Assembly: GCA_008690995.1 (NCBI GenBank)
Contig: VRMN01000004.1
Location: forward strand, 806,001 to 870,000
DNA from: Porphyridium purpureum
Taxonomy: Eukaryota
Reading direction: 5' to 3'
DNA length: 64,000 bases
Below, in pieces: positions 11,057 to 21,169 of this stretch (positions are counted from its first letter, which is position 1; each line of letters begins with the position of its first letter). Under the pieces are notes generated by a model. The model did not search any database, was not told the origin of the DNA, and saw only the letters and a program-made list of their open reading frames with translations. Made by a program: the position numbers and the translations under genes.

Positions 11057-12295
11057 TCACAGGAGCGGCTTTATCAGCGCGCTCTTTGAAAGCCCCGCGC
11101 GAATTCTCGGTGGACCGGCTGGGCTCGTTCCGCTCATGCTTTTTACGCCGCTGCCCGAGCTTGCGGGCAGACAAGGTCTCACCACGCCGCGTCCTAACCC
11201 AAGCTTTGGTTTTCCCTTACCAAGCGAGCCTTGTGGCTTGCCCGCAGACGCAGGACTTCCGCTACTGCCGTTCTTGGCTCCCTCAGAATTCGTTGTTCTT
11301 CCCCTTTTCGCCGCAGGAGCCGACTCTGCGGCTTTGCTCTTCACGGGTGCGCGTTTCTTAGCCATCGCGCTCTTTCCTGGCGCTCCTTTGGATGCCGCGG
11401 CTCGACCCTTCCCCTTTGCCTTCCCAGGTTTTGACTCGCCACCTGAAGCAGAGCCAAACGATGCATCGCCGTCGCTCGACTCGTCGCTCCCCGAAGGCGA
11501 GAAGGAATCTGGCTGCGATGCTGTGTCATCGTCCTTGTCCACCTTGCCACTTCCGGCATCGCTGGCAGACCCGTCGTCTGATGGCGGTTCAGAGCCGCTG
11601 CTAGAGTCCTGTCGAGTCTTGCGCTTTGCCGCTACCTTTGCCGCCGCACGGCGCGGGCGACGTGTTGCCAGCCCGCCCGTGTCAAATTCTGCGCCAGAGT
11701 CACCGGACATGTTGGCGATTCGATCTCGGACAATGCTTTCGGCCGGTTCTGAGGCGTCCACTTCTAGTGCCGTTTTCGAAGCCGAATGCACACAAGCGGG
11801 TGTGTTGTCCTTGGGAAGGCAGTCTTCTGATGGTTGTGATGCTTCGACACCTCCTAATAACACTTCTGGCTGGTGCTCTGCCTCTGTCAAGAGCCGCTTT
11901 TCTTCAACGATGCAAGTCTGTTGTTGGTTTGGCTCCGGCTGCTGCTCGAGGGACTTCCTGATGGCCTCTTCTAGATCGAGCTGCTCCTGAGCTTGAGCTC
12001 TGTGAAAGGACGTTGTCTGTGAGGCCGAGCGTCCACTGCTACGGCGCGAGCGTGAAGGCTGTGAATGCGCGTCCCCGACGTGCGTGCCCTGGTTTTCCTC
12101 GGACGGCGCGTTTGCGGAATCGACACCCACGGGCGGCGCCGACTTGGTCTTCTTAATGCGCAGCGCGTTCAGGCACAGGGCGTTCTCGCTGCTGGCCTGC
12201 GACGACTCTGCCGTCGACGACAATGTCAAAACCACCTCGCACGCCTGCTCGCCAAACCTTGTCAGAGAATGAGAGCCAGAGCCAGAACTCTTCAT
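11057..12295 (-). CDS. Disordered nuclear protein, RAD51AP1/NUCKS-like
   Basis: UIM-like EQLDLEEAIRKSLEQ, RPRRAAA, acidic and Lys-rich tracts, and C-terminal IRAGLSKSALIKPLL resembling the RAD51AP1 tail (LRLGLSRxxxVKPLH). Confidence 0.55.
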   Translation of the reverse strand: MKSSGSGSHSLTRFGEQACEVVLTLSSTAESSQASSENALCLNALRIKKTKSAPPVGVDSANAPSEENQGTHVGDAHSQPSRSRRSSGRSASQTTSFHRAQAQEQLDLEEAIRKSLEQQPEPNQQQTCIVEEKRLLTEAEHQPEVLLGGVEASQPSEDCLPKDNTPACVHSASKTALEVDASEPAESIVRDRIANMSGDSGAEFDTGGLATRRPRRAAAKVAAKRKTRQDSSSGSEPPSDDGSASDAGSGKVDKDDDTASQPDSFSPSGSDESSDGDASFGSASGGESKPGKAKGKGRAAASKGAPGKSAMAKKRAPVKSKAAESAPAAKRGRTTNSEGAKNGSSGSPASAGKPQGSLGKGKPKLGLGRGVVRPCLPASSGSGVKSMSGTSPAGPPRIRAGLSKSALIKPLL

Positions 12296-12460
12296 GCCTC
12301 CACCCAAGCCCTTCCCCCCTCAATCCCTGCGCGTCTAGCCGGATGGGCCAGTCAACGCGCGCGCCACTTGTTGATGTGTCCTGAATCCCACTCGCGTCCT
12401 CCGCTCTGCCCACTTTTGTGTCACCCGCCTGGCACGCGCGCACTTGCTGCGGCAGCGCGC

Positions 12461-12490
12461 TTTCGTTTTCGTTTTCGTTTTCGGTTTCGC
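12461..12490. repeat. (TTTTCG)n short tandem repeat
   Basis: tttcgttttcgttttcgttttcggtttcg. Confidence 0.8.
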
Positions 12491-12714
12491 GGTCCGGTTC
12501 CAACTTCGGACAAATTCCACTGCCTGACTTTCGCGCCATTTCTCTAGAGATTATTATGGAACTGTACATTACATACTGTACTTGTGGCTCGTGTCGGTTT
12601 CCGTGGGAGAGCGGCAACGTGGAGGCGTGCGGGGAGTGGTTGGTCTGAGATATTCAGCACGGCGTATGCCTGCAGGCTACATGCGGTCGTTCCGGGTATG
12701 CCGCATGGACGCGA

Positions 12715-12736
12715 TCTCTCTCTCTCTCTCTCTCTC
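12715..12736. repeat. (CT)n microsatellite
   Basis: About 10 CT units. Confidence 0.9.
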
Positions 12737-12881
12737 GCTCTGTGCAGATGGAGAAAGATCGATAATTATTTTTACTTTAGCTCACAGCGCTTTTGTAGGC
12801 GTGTGACTGCGCAGGGAATAAGCGCCTACACATGCAGACCGATGAACAGGACAGTCGGGAAGAGGACACCGCGCCTTTACG

Positions 12882-13334
12882 TCACTCGTCGTACTTGGGC
12901 GGCTTGTGGCGCCACTGGTGGACCATGCTCTTGCCGTACGCGCCAAACTTGCGCACGTTCTCAGAACGTTGCTCCCGCTCCGAAACGACATATTTGTAGC
13001 CGTATTTCTCCGCATACTGGATGGCGCTTTCCTTGTCCGGGAACTCGAGCCGCAGGTTGCTGACCGGGTCGCCCGTGGAGGTCCATCCCATCAGCGGGTT
13101 CGTCCAGCGGTCGCCGCCTTCGAGCTTTTCGTAAATGGCCACCCATAGCTTTGTGCGGACCCCCTTGCCCTGCTGCGTGGTCGCGGAGGCCGGCTGGAAG
13201 ATGCGCAGCCGCCGCTTCAAGTGCTCTTCCGGCACGCCCGAGATCGCGCCCATGGCGGCGTTCTCGTCCGTCGTGACGCCGCGCTGCGCGCGCAACAGCA
13301 CGCGGGCGTGCCGCCATTGCCGCAACGCCCACAT
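12882..13334 (-). CDS. NDUFS4: Mitochondrial complex I subunit NDUFS4 (18 kDa)
   Basis: GAISGVPEEHL-RRLRIFQPA, RWTNPLMGWTSTGDP, LEFPDKESAIQYAEKYG, and an Arg-rich presequence. Confidence 0.93.
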   Translation of the reverse strand: MWALRQWRHARVLLRAQRGVTTDENAAMGAISGVPEEHLKRRLRIFQPASATTQQGKGVRTKLWVAIYEKLEGGDRWTNPLMGWTSTGDPVSNLRLEFPDKESAIQYAEKYGYKYVVSEREQRSENVRKFGAYGKSMVHQWRHKPPKYDE

Positions 13335-13641
13335 ACCCACGTCCCGCCCTCGCCGCTTCCGCTCCTCCCACCGGCGCCCCCCGCCTCACTCGCCCTCTCG
13401 CTGTCCTCACGTTTCACACAAATACCACTGCCCCTTCCCGGATCCTGCTCCTCTTCCTCCCCGCCCCCACCTCCTGTCGCTCCCTTTCCCAAAGGACCAA
13501 CTGTACACTACTTATTAATTTAGCTGAACCTCATCGCCCTTCTTGTGATACTGTACAGTGGGGTTCAGTGTGAAGCGCTGATTTCGATGCGGGTTGTGGC
13601 GCGTGTGTTGGGACGGCATGGTGCAGTTGAAGTGGACGAAC

Positions 13642-14697
13642 ATGATGCGCACGAGGGAATTGCCTGCGCGCAGCACGCGCGGGAAGCGGGTCGTTGTGCA
13701 GCCCGACGACGAGAAGGACGCCGACGATGAGTTCTGGGCCCAGCGCGCATTTGACGAGGACGCCGACGACGCGTCGTTCGACGAGCAGCGCGACGTGTCG
13801 TCGGACGCGCGCGAGGATGTCGTCGACTCGGACTTTGATGAACCCGAGGAGCAGCCCGACGACCGCGGGAAGGGCGGCGACGATTTGCAAGAAAATGAGC
13901 GCCAGATAAAGCGCGCGGAGCGTGCGACCGCTGCCAGCCACCGTAAGCGCGCGCTCGGTCGTGCGTACAAGGAGCCGACACATGCGAAACCAGTCAAGAG
14001 CATCAAGAAAGCAACGACGGCGTTGCCAGCGGCCTCAGAAGTCGCGACGGCGGCGTCTGTTGTCTCGCCATTACGAAGTAAGGGCGCTCTGCGCTCATCA
14101 ACAAAGCTCGCCAGCTCGATTTCAGAGAAGGAACGCACGCTCAAGGCGCAGGAAGATCGCAAGCGACTCGAGAAGATTCGGGAGCGGCGTAATCGCGCTG
14201 AGCCAGAACGCATTCTAACCCAAGCCGAATTGCTCGAGGAGGCCAAGCAGACCGCGGTGCGCAACGCCGAGGACCTCGCGCGTCTGCTGCGCGTTGAGGA
14301 GAGCCGCAAGCGTGTTGAACCGGTCCGCAAGGTCTTAAAATTGCCGAGCATGCGTCTCTACTCGCGGAGCGTAAACGAGGCACTGACGTCCACACCCGAG
14401 CTGAATGCCAACTTAGCAGCTCAATCGAGCAAAGTGAGCGATGATACTACGCCGCGCGCGCGGCACGTTGTATCCTTTGTGAATCTCCCTGCTTCCGAGG
14501 AAGAACGCCGCGAGCTCATGTTCCCAATGCAGCTCACCACTGCTCGCATACCTGTGCAGCGACCCACGCAATGCGCCGTGACAGGCCTGCGCGCGCGGTA
14601 CCGCGACCCCCGATCCGGACTTCCCTACGCCAACGTTTCTGCGTTTCAGCAGCTGCGTGCAAATGTTGAGCGCGACGCACAATTGGACAATCTGTAG
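13642..14697 (+). CDS. VPS72: SWR1 complex subunit Vps72/YL1 (Swc2)
   Basis: RSTRGKR, DVVDSDFDEPE, LTQAELLEEA, and the YL1_C motif CAVTGLRARYRDPRSGLPYA. Confidence 0.92.
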   Translation: MMRTRELPARSTRGKRVVVQPDDEKDADDEFWAQRAFDEDADDASFDEQRDVSSDAREDVVDSDFDEPEEQPDDRGKGGDDLQENERQIKRAERATAASHRKRALGRAYKEPTHAKPVKSIKKATTALPAASEVATAASVVSPLRSKGALRSSTKLASSISEKERTLKAQEDRKRLEKIRERRNRAEPERILTQAELLEEAKQTAVRNAEDLARLLRVEESRKRVEPVRKVLKLPSMRLYSRSVNEALTSTPELNANLAAQSSKVSDDTTPRARHVVSFVNLPASEEERRELMFPMQLTTARIPVQRPTQCAVTGLRARYRDPRSGLPYANVSAFQQLRANVERDAQLDNL

Positions 14698-14807
14698 ATG
14701 ACAACCTCCTGTAAAATGTGACACTCGACACGCACGTGCGGCTTCTCGGGAGCACATGTTCACGTGAGTACAAGAGAATCAATGCACGGCGTGGTAATGG
14801 AAGTCGG

Positions 14808-16127
14808 ATGGCGGGATATCAATCTACCCATGGCAGCCTTGTGATGCGGCGTGCCTTACCCGCCAAGCTGCGACGCGCCTGGCGGCAAAGTGTCGCCAAC
14901 CTGTCTGAGCAGGATTGGCGGCGGCTGCAACTCGTTGTGCAAGTGCTTGCTGCCGCGCTCCTGTTGCTGATTCTGTTGCTTGGTGGCACGGCTCGTGGAC
15001 GTGCACACTTGCATTTGCGCGTGAGAGGAGGATCTGGCCGCGCGCGTGCTGGTGAGCCCACAGCTGGACAAGATACGGGCGGGCACCCGCAAGAGCTGCC
15101 ATTCGATAACGCGTATGCGCGCGCGGGCGGACTGGCCGAGCTGGACGAGCTACTATCGGACCTTGCCGTGAACAATGTGATAGTGCTCACCGTGGCAAAC
15201 TCGGGATTCCGCGACTTTGTGGATTCATTCACGTGCCAGCTTGAACAGCTCGAGTTGCGTAATTACCTTTTGATAGCATTGGATTATGCACTGTTTCAGC
15301 TCGCCGCGAGACGTGGCATCAATGTATTCTGGTTCCAGGATGACGCCTTTTGGGATCTGGCCGAGAAGGAGAGCGCTAGTAATGCCGATGAGAGCCCAAA
15401 GAGTGCGGGACTTGAGGCGAACCAGCGCGACGTGGAGCACCCAGAGACCGTCACTCACGAAACTGAGTCGCGCGACTTGTCGATTGAGGCGCCGTTCGGA
15501 AGCGCAGAGTTTGTTCAGATATCCAAGCGCAAGTCGCGCGTAGTGGTGCAGGTGTTGATTCTCGGATATGACGTGGTGTTCTCGGACGTGGATGTCGCGT
15601 GGCTGGCGTATCCATTGGATCATATGGACGCCTACGACGCCGATATTGTGATTCAATCGGATATTCTGCGAGGCTCTGGCGAGCAACTCAACTTTAACAT
15701 CAACAGCGGCTTTTACCTTGCGCGCGCAAACTCGCGCAGTATTGCCGCATTCAAGGCCATTATCAAGCACGGCAACCTCGCCCATCTTTCTGAGCAGAAG
15801 TCATTCAACCACATCCTGTGCGGCGCCTTCAAAAATCAGCTCGGCGGGCCAGGCAAGAGGGTCGGAAATGACCAGTGCCTGTTTACCAAGAAAGGTGATT
15901 CGGCATCAGTACAGGTGCTCCCAGACTCCGAGTTCCCAAACGGCTCCAACGAGGAAGCGTGGCGTATTTTGTTCGAAGCGCATGCTGCGGACAACCGCGA
16001 GGAGCCTCAGTTCTTCATCATACACGCCAACAACTTTAACAGCACGGCAATCAAGAGGGATGTTCTGTCCCGGGCAGGACTGTGGTACGAGAGAGGCACG
16101 GACGGCGCGTGCACGCTGACTGGGTAG
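14808..16127 (+). CDS. Nucleotide-diphospho-sugar transferase (GT77-like), type II membrane protein
   Basis: N-terminal TM, LLIALD, GYDVVFSDVDVAW (DxD), INSGFY, EQKSFN, FPNG and IIHAN. Confidence 0.85.
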   Translation: MAGYQSTHGSLVMRRALPAKLRRAWRQSVANLSEQDWRRLQLVVQVLAAALLLLILLLGGTARGRAHLHLRVRGGSGRARAGEPTAGQDTGGHPQELPFDNAYARAGGLAELDELLSDLAVNNVIVLTVANSGFRDFVDSFTCQLEQLELRNYLLIALDYALFQLAARRGINVFWFQDDAFWDLAEKESASNADESPKSAGLEANQRDVEHPETVTHETESRDLSIEAPFGSAEFVQISKRKSRVVVQVLILGYDVVFSDVDVAWLAYPLDHMDAYDADIVIQSDILRGSGEQLNFNINSGFYLARANSRSIAAFKAIIKHGNLAHLSEQKSFNHILCGAFKNQLGGPGKRVGNDQCLFTKKGDSASVQVLPDSEFPNGSNEEAWRILFEAHAADNREEPQFFIIHANNFNSTAIKRDVLSRAGLWYERGTDGACTLTG

Positions 16128-16340
16128 AAACAAATGGAATTTTGTGCGGTGCTTTTGGCACAGACAGAGTGCTCTTGCTTGCCCCCGCTTCTAGTTCAAC
16201 TTTGTTCTGTATCCAACTTGCAGAAGATGGTTGGCAAGGAACCACGCGCCTAACTATGAAATGGCACATGTCGCAAGCTCGTGCATGACGCCCGGCCGGA
16301 CAACTATAGCCAGCCACGCCAGCATCTATCGAGTAAAAGG

Positions 16341-17495
16341 CTATGCAAACAAGTCGGCTGTTTCGCCTTCCATAAATTCAAGCGTTTTTGACACACTCTT
16401 GCACCACAGATCGAGTCGCTGCGCCATGTCCGCAGATTGCGTTCTATCAATCACACGCGGCACAATATGGGACACCGTCACGTAAGATTCGACGCCATCA
16501 ATAATGCCTGTGATTAACTTGAGGCTCATTGCGCGCATGAGAAGGAATTCGACTTCGCTCGTCGGCAGCCGGCATCGCGTCGCGATTTCGGCGAACGAGA
16601 TCCGACGCTCGGTTATGCGTTCGAAAGCTAGGTTGAGCAGCGCCATAATGGTCACCTTCTGACGCAAAAAGTCGGCGTTCGCGACCAGTGCAGGCTGCGC
16701 CCCCATTTTCGCACTCGACTCATCGCAGATTCGATTGAATTTGTCAAGATCACCCGTCTCCAGCGCTTTCAGAAGTTGCACCAGCCACGCATGTCCTGTG
16801 TCTTGCATGTCGCGCACCACCTGATGCAGCAGCAGCTCTCCAAAGCTAAAGATCTCCTTGCCTACCAGTGCGGCAACCGCCAAGTCAAAAGCCCACTGCA
16901 CTCGTAGGTCGCGCGGCATGTCCGGCACATCCGAGTAGGCGAGGAACATGAGGGCATTGTGGTAGAATTCGGCTGCGGTTCCTACTTGCTTGTGGTAGGA
17001 CGCGAGCGCTGCGTAATACGCGGCCTGGATCTCATTCGCCATGTCCGCGCTGGCGGAAACCAAGCTTCGCGCTTGGTCGGTTAGCGATCTGGCCACCAGC
17101 GGCTCCTGATTGAGAAGTCGAAGCTGCGATGCTTCGCTAAGCAGCAGCACGCGCGCCTCTGGGTTTCCCATAATGACGGACTTGGGCTCGAGGTGTGGTG
17201 CGATGAACGCGAGCGCGTCCTCTGGGGAGGCGCACTCGTTCGCCGCGATGATCTTGACCATCTTTGCGAACTCTACGGCGTTCAGCTTGTTTGCAAAATC
17301 GGATATGCACGCGTGATACAGCTCGATCTGCTTCGAGAGCAGTCCCTTCCGCGCGAGCGCGTCGACGAGCACGCCCGTGAGCTGGTGCCACAAGCGCTTG
17401 CTCCACAACGCGTGCAGCTGCTCCAAAACCGCCGCCTCCTCGGGCGACGCCGCCGCGGCCATCCGCCCCTTCAAGTACTGCTCCACTGCCGCCAT
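16341..17495 (-). CDS. RPN9: 26S proteasome lid subunit Rpn9/PSMD13
   Basis: KRLWHQLT, IFSFGELLLH, and PCI domain EVEFLLMRAMSLKLITGIID. Confidence 0.95.
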   Translation of the reverse strand: MAAVEQYLKGRMAAAASPEEAAVLEQLHALWSKRLWHQLTGVLVDALARKGLLSKQIELYHACISDFANKLNAVEFAKMVKIIAANECASPEDALAFIAPHLEPKSVIMGNPEARVLLLSEASQLRLLNQEPLVARSLTDQARSLVSASADMANEIQAAYYAALASYHKQVGTAAEFYHNALMFLAYSDVPDMPRDLRVQWAFDLAVAALVGKEIFSFGELLLHQVVRDMQDTGHAWLVQLLKALETGDLDKFNRICDESSAKMGAQPALVANADFLRQKVTIMALLNLAFERITERRISFAEIATRCRLPTSEVEFLLMRAMSLKLITGIIDGVESYVTVSHIVPRVIDRTQSADMAQRLDLWCKSVSKTLEFMEGETADLFA

Positions 17496-17771
17496 TCTTC
17501 CCGCGATCCCGCACCTTTCTCCAATCCCCGTGAGACTCACCCACTCACACAGTCGCAACGTCCCTTGCTCTCGCATTCAGCTTCCCTGCCCGCCAGCACG
17601 CACGCACGCTCGTGCTTCCCGGTTTCTTTGGTTCAAATCGGTTTATCGACTCACCGCTCCCGCGCATGAACAGTGGGGTACAGTGACAAAAAATTAACGC
17701 CCTTTTCAAGTTAAAAAGCAGCAGGAGGTTCGTGTACAGTGTGTACAGTGAAGGCAAAGCACGTGAACGGG

Positions 17772-20700
17772 TCAGAGCGGGTCCGGCTTTGTGGTGTCGT
17801 CGAACAGCGGAGGTCCGAACACAACGGTAAAGCCGCTGGCTTCGATCTGGCGGACGACCTTGTCGAGCTGCTGCTGCAGCGGCGGCGACGGCGACTGCGA
17901 CTGCGACTGCGACTGCGACGGTAATACCTCTGACATCATGGATATGTTTGGTGCGCAACTGTCCGGACTGATGGTGTGGCCGTGTTCTACGGAATTCTCG
18001 TCTGGAAATGTATCGTTGTGAGGCGCAGGGGTCGGATGGCTGCCTTCATGCTGGACATTAAGTCGGTTGAGTAGAAACGCGGCTTGCTCTGCTAGTCCTG
18101 GCGAATAGGAGCTGGGAAGAACGCGGCTTCTGCGTCGCTGCCATGTGATTGCTTCAGGTTCTGCGTCCGGAGCAGCGCCTTCATCGCCTTGACCATCCAT
18201 CGGTGCTACGCGACCGATTCTGCGGGGCGCTTGCATGAGATGTGGATCCATGCCACTCGCTTCCGAAAGTTCACGGCTCACGAGCGACGCACATGCTTCA
18301 ATGACGCCTTCTCGAACATCCGGGAGCAACGCGCTCACTGATTCGCGGACCAGCTTGGCGCCATACTCTGGCCGTGTGCTCAAGCCCAGCTTGCTTTGCG
18401 GTACACTCGCAGCGGCCTGTTTCGCAAGATTGACGAGTTCCACCAAACGGGGAGACTGCTTTGCGAACATCTCTTGCTTGATGGCCTTCTCAATCCACTT
18501 CCGACGGGGGTCCTCGCTTGCCTGTGTTGAAATGGACGAGAACGATGACGGTACGAACGGGTCAAGAGAGATTCTGGTCGCGTCAGCCACGCCATCACTA
18601 ACGATACCCAAGTGCGTCTGCTCGACACCGGTGCGGCCGGACACGACGCTGCCGTTAGCGCTGCGGCTCAGACTTTGTACATGCGGCACAATACGCCGAG
18701 CCGTCTTTGGATTGGGCTTTTTCTTCGAATGCATCCTTGCGTGCATCATGCGACGCAGCTCTTCAGCCTCTGGAAGCAACCACCGTTCCATGCGCGAATC
18801 ATCGAGCAGCTCTGCGAAGTCGTCGGGATCACGGCGCTCAGTATCACCGTCGCTGCCACTCTTTCCAACATCGCTCCCAGACTGGCCGTGACAGTGACAA
18901 GATGTGACATCAGGTAGCATCAAGGGTCCGAAATCCACGAATCCATTCCAAAAATCAATGGTTAATGCCTGCACGGGGGCCAGTGCCGAGAACTCGTGAG
19001 GGGGTTCAATGCGCATGCCAAGCTCATGGAAAAGCTCCGAGAGCAGGAAAATGGCAGCTACCTCACCAGCTTTGAGCGTGTCATTTGCGAGGCGTGGCGC
19101 AAGTGTCGATTCCCACAGCTTCACGAGTGAGCGCAGGGCGCTGCGAAACCACTCGGTCTCTTGCGCGATCACGTCTGTGCACGCCATGCGAACGAGTGGC
19201 TCCAGCCAACTCAGCGTGACAAAAATGGACCCTTCGTCAGTCGCTGCATCGATCTCCTTGGGTATCTGGAACGCCGCAGAAAGCATCGCGTTGAATTCAC
19301 GCACCCGCAGCTTACCTAGGGCACTCGCGCAAAGCTCGCGGGTTTGCTTACCAAAGCACCAATTCGCATGGTATGTGCACAATGCAAGGAAGCGACTCGC
19401 CAGACGCGCGCGCACAATATTACGTGACACATTGAATGCGCTGACCTGACCGGGGGCCTGTGCCCAACTTTTCGCCGCGCGTACCGCGCGAACCAGTGCG
19501 TCAAAGAGCAGCGAGCGCATGCACGCAAATATCCTTTCAGACTCTGCGGCGACTAAAAAGCGCACGAAGAACATTTCGAGATTCGTTTCGGCAAACATTT
19601 TCTCAGCCTCTGCTGGAATTTGCGTCCATGCACCCGTTACTGCGCCTCCCGTCTTCGTTGGAGGTGTTGCGTCGCGTCCATATTTTGGCCTGTAAGCGTT
19701 CTTCTTTTCGTTGACCCCGCCGCGCTTCGTGACAGCATGGTGGTTCACTTCACTGCTGGGGTTCGACGACGAGAAGCTGTTCGATGCAAGAATTCCAGCG
19801 TCCATAAAGCGCGCCTCCAGCTTTTGAAACCTGAGTTTGTCAACCTCGGTCGACGACCTTGTCGATAAGTTCTTCAAAACGTCGCCGAGGTCTTCGCCCT
19901 CTGCCGGTAGGCACGTGCGACATAACAGGTTGAGAAGACGTGTTGAGAATATGGTGATGCTCTCCGGAGCTAGCTGCGCAACGAGAGAGCGCACTGCGGC
20001 CGGCTCAAGCGTGCCTGGAGCAACGGCGTGTATTTCTCCTTTGAAGCTGCGCAGCAGGCCCAGCACGGCGTCCCAGCTCTTCTCCAGATTGGCGCGAAAA
20101 TAGGACTCCTTTAACGATGAAAATCGCCCGTCATTTTCATCATCAGAAAGTAGCCATGTATCTGATATATCTGCGCCACCTAAACCGGCGCCGCTTTGTG
20201 CCGGCCACGACAACTGGTCGTGGTGCTCTGCAAGGCGTCGTAACAGTGCAGCTGGGCACAGGGCACCAAACACAGCATTTTCAGTCACCGACTTGCGTAT
20301 CCGCCATGGAAGCCACTTCAGAATACGAGAAGCGCGGATCAAAACAAACGCTGCAAAGCACGCCTCCCCTGGCATGTTCGACTGTTTGTCCGCAAGCGAG
20401 TATCTGCTCCGTACGGCTTCGCTCAAGAGCGTCTGCGCTTCTGGGCTCTCTTCACTTTCATCGTTAGCTTCGGCAGACTTTTCTCTCGAACTGTCCGTCG
20501 TCGACGAGGCAAGTGGTCTAGAGCTTGGCGAAAATGTTAAACTCCCGATCATGCTAAGCAGGACCGCGCTCAGTGCCTGGTCATGATACAACGCGTCGAC
20601 GCGCAACGCCATAACGTAAACGGCTGCAATGGCATCCAGCTCATGCAAGCTTCGTCTGCTCCTCCGTCCATCGAGACCATGTGTGACGCCTGCCTGCGGC

Positions 20701-21017
20701 ATCTTTGCGCGCTGTAGACTAATGCGCACATAATCCTGAATCAAGCGACAAAAATCTAGCCGCTCCACTCCATTCATGCAGACCTCATCTAAGCGAGTCT
20801 CGTTACTGCTGCATCCACCATTGTGTGTGCCCCGACGAAGCCAGTGCATTACTTTTTCCACGCGAGCCGGCCACTGTGTGCGCGATTCACCTCTAACTTC
20901 GTCGTCTGTCCCGAGTAAAATCGCCTCCACTTTCGCGTACCGCGCCGCACTAGAATCGAGCGCTTGCGCTTGCGCCGCACTTGGCGCAATCGGCGCGCCC
21001 ACCGTGGTCTGTGCCAT
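17772..21017 (-). CDS. Codanin-1-like protein
   Basis: Ordered blocks resembling CDAN1: RFQKLEARF, FFVRFL, RLASRFLAL, VTLSWLEPLVRM, LPEAEELRRM, RRIVP and FAKQSPRL. Confidence 0.6.
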   Translation of the reverse strand: MAQTTVGAPIAPSAAQAQALDSSAARYAKVEAILLGTDDEVRGESRTQWPARVEKVMHWLRRGTHNGGCSSNETRLDEVCMNGVERLDFCRLIQDYVRISLQRAKMPQAGVTHGLDGRRSRRSLHELDAIAAVYVMALRVDALYHDQALSAVLLSMIGSLTFSPSSRPLASSTTDSSREKSAEANDESEESPEAQTLLSEAVRSRYSLADKQSNMPGEACFAAFVLIRASRILKWLPWRIRKSVTENAVFGALCPAALLRRLAEHHDQLSWPAQSGAGLGGADISDTWLLSDDENDGRFSSLKESYFRANLEKSWDAVLGLLRSFKGEIHAVAPGTLEPAAVRSLVAQLAPESITIFSTRLLNLLCRTCLPAEGEDLGDVLKNLSTRSSTEVDKLRFQKLEARFMDAGILASNSFSSSNPSSEVNHHAVTKRGGVNEKKNAYRPKYGRDATPPTKTGGAVTGAWTQIPAEAEKMFAETNLEMFFVRFLVAAESERIFACMRSLLFDALVRAVRAAKSWAQAPGQVSAFNVSRNIVRARLASRFLALCTYHANWCFGKQTRELCASALGKLRVREFNAMLSAAFQIPKEIDAATDEGSIFVTLSWLEPLVRMACTDVIAQETEWFRSALRSLVKLWESTLAPRLANDTLKAGEVAAIFLLSELFHELGMRIEPPHEFSALAPVQALTIDFWNGFVDFGPLMLPDVTSCHCHGQSGSDVGKSGSDGDTERRDPDDFAELLDDSRMERWLLPEAEELRRMMHARMHSKKKPNPKTARRIVPHVQSLSRSANGSVVSGRTGVEQTHLGIVSDGVADATRISLDPFVPSSFSSISTQASEDPRRKWIEKAIKQEMFAKQSPRLVELVNLAKQAAASVPQSKLGLSTRPEYGAKLVRESVSALLPDVREGVIEACASLVSRELSEASGMDPHLMQAPRRIGRVAPMDGQGDEGAAPDAEPEAITWQRRRSRVLPSSYSPGLAEQAAFLLNRLNVQHEGSHPTPAPHNDTFPDENSVEHGHTISPDSCAPNISMMSEVLPSQSQSQSQSPSPPLQQQLDKVVRQIEASGFTVVFGPPLFDDTTKPDPL
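17891..17920. repeat. (GACTGC)n tandem repeat encoding Ser-Gln in the codanin-like tail
   Basis: gcgactgcgactgcgactgcgactgcgac. Confidence 0.85.
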
Positions 21018-21169
21018 TGCGTTTACATTCACGCGCGTGCTGTCGGCTGCCGGCGCGAGCCACGAATTGCTCTCACTGAAGTTGCTCCTGCGATGCCGAG
21101 CTACCACTTCTTGAAATTTATTGCAAATCAACCAGAGTCATGAAACAAGAGTGGATTCGTGCGGTGTCG

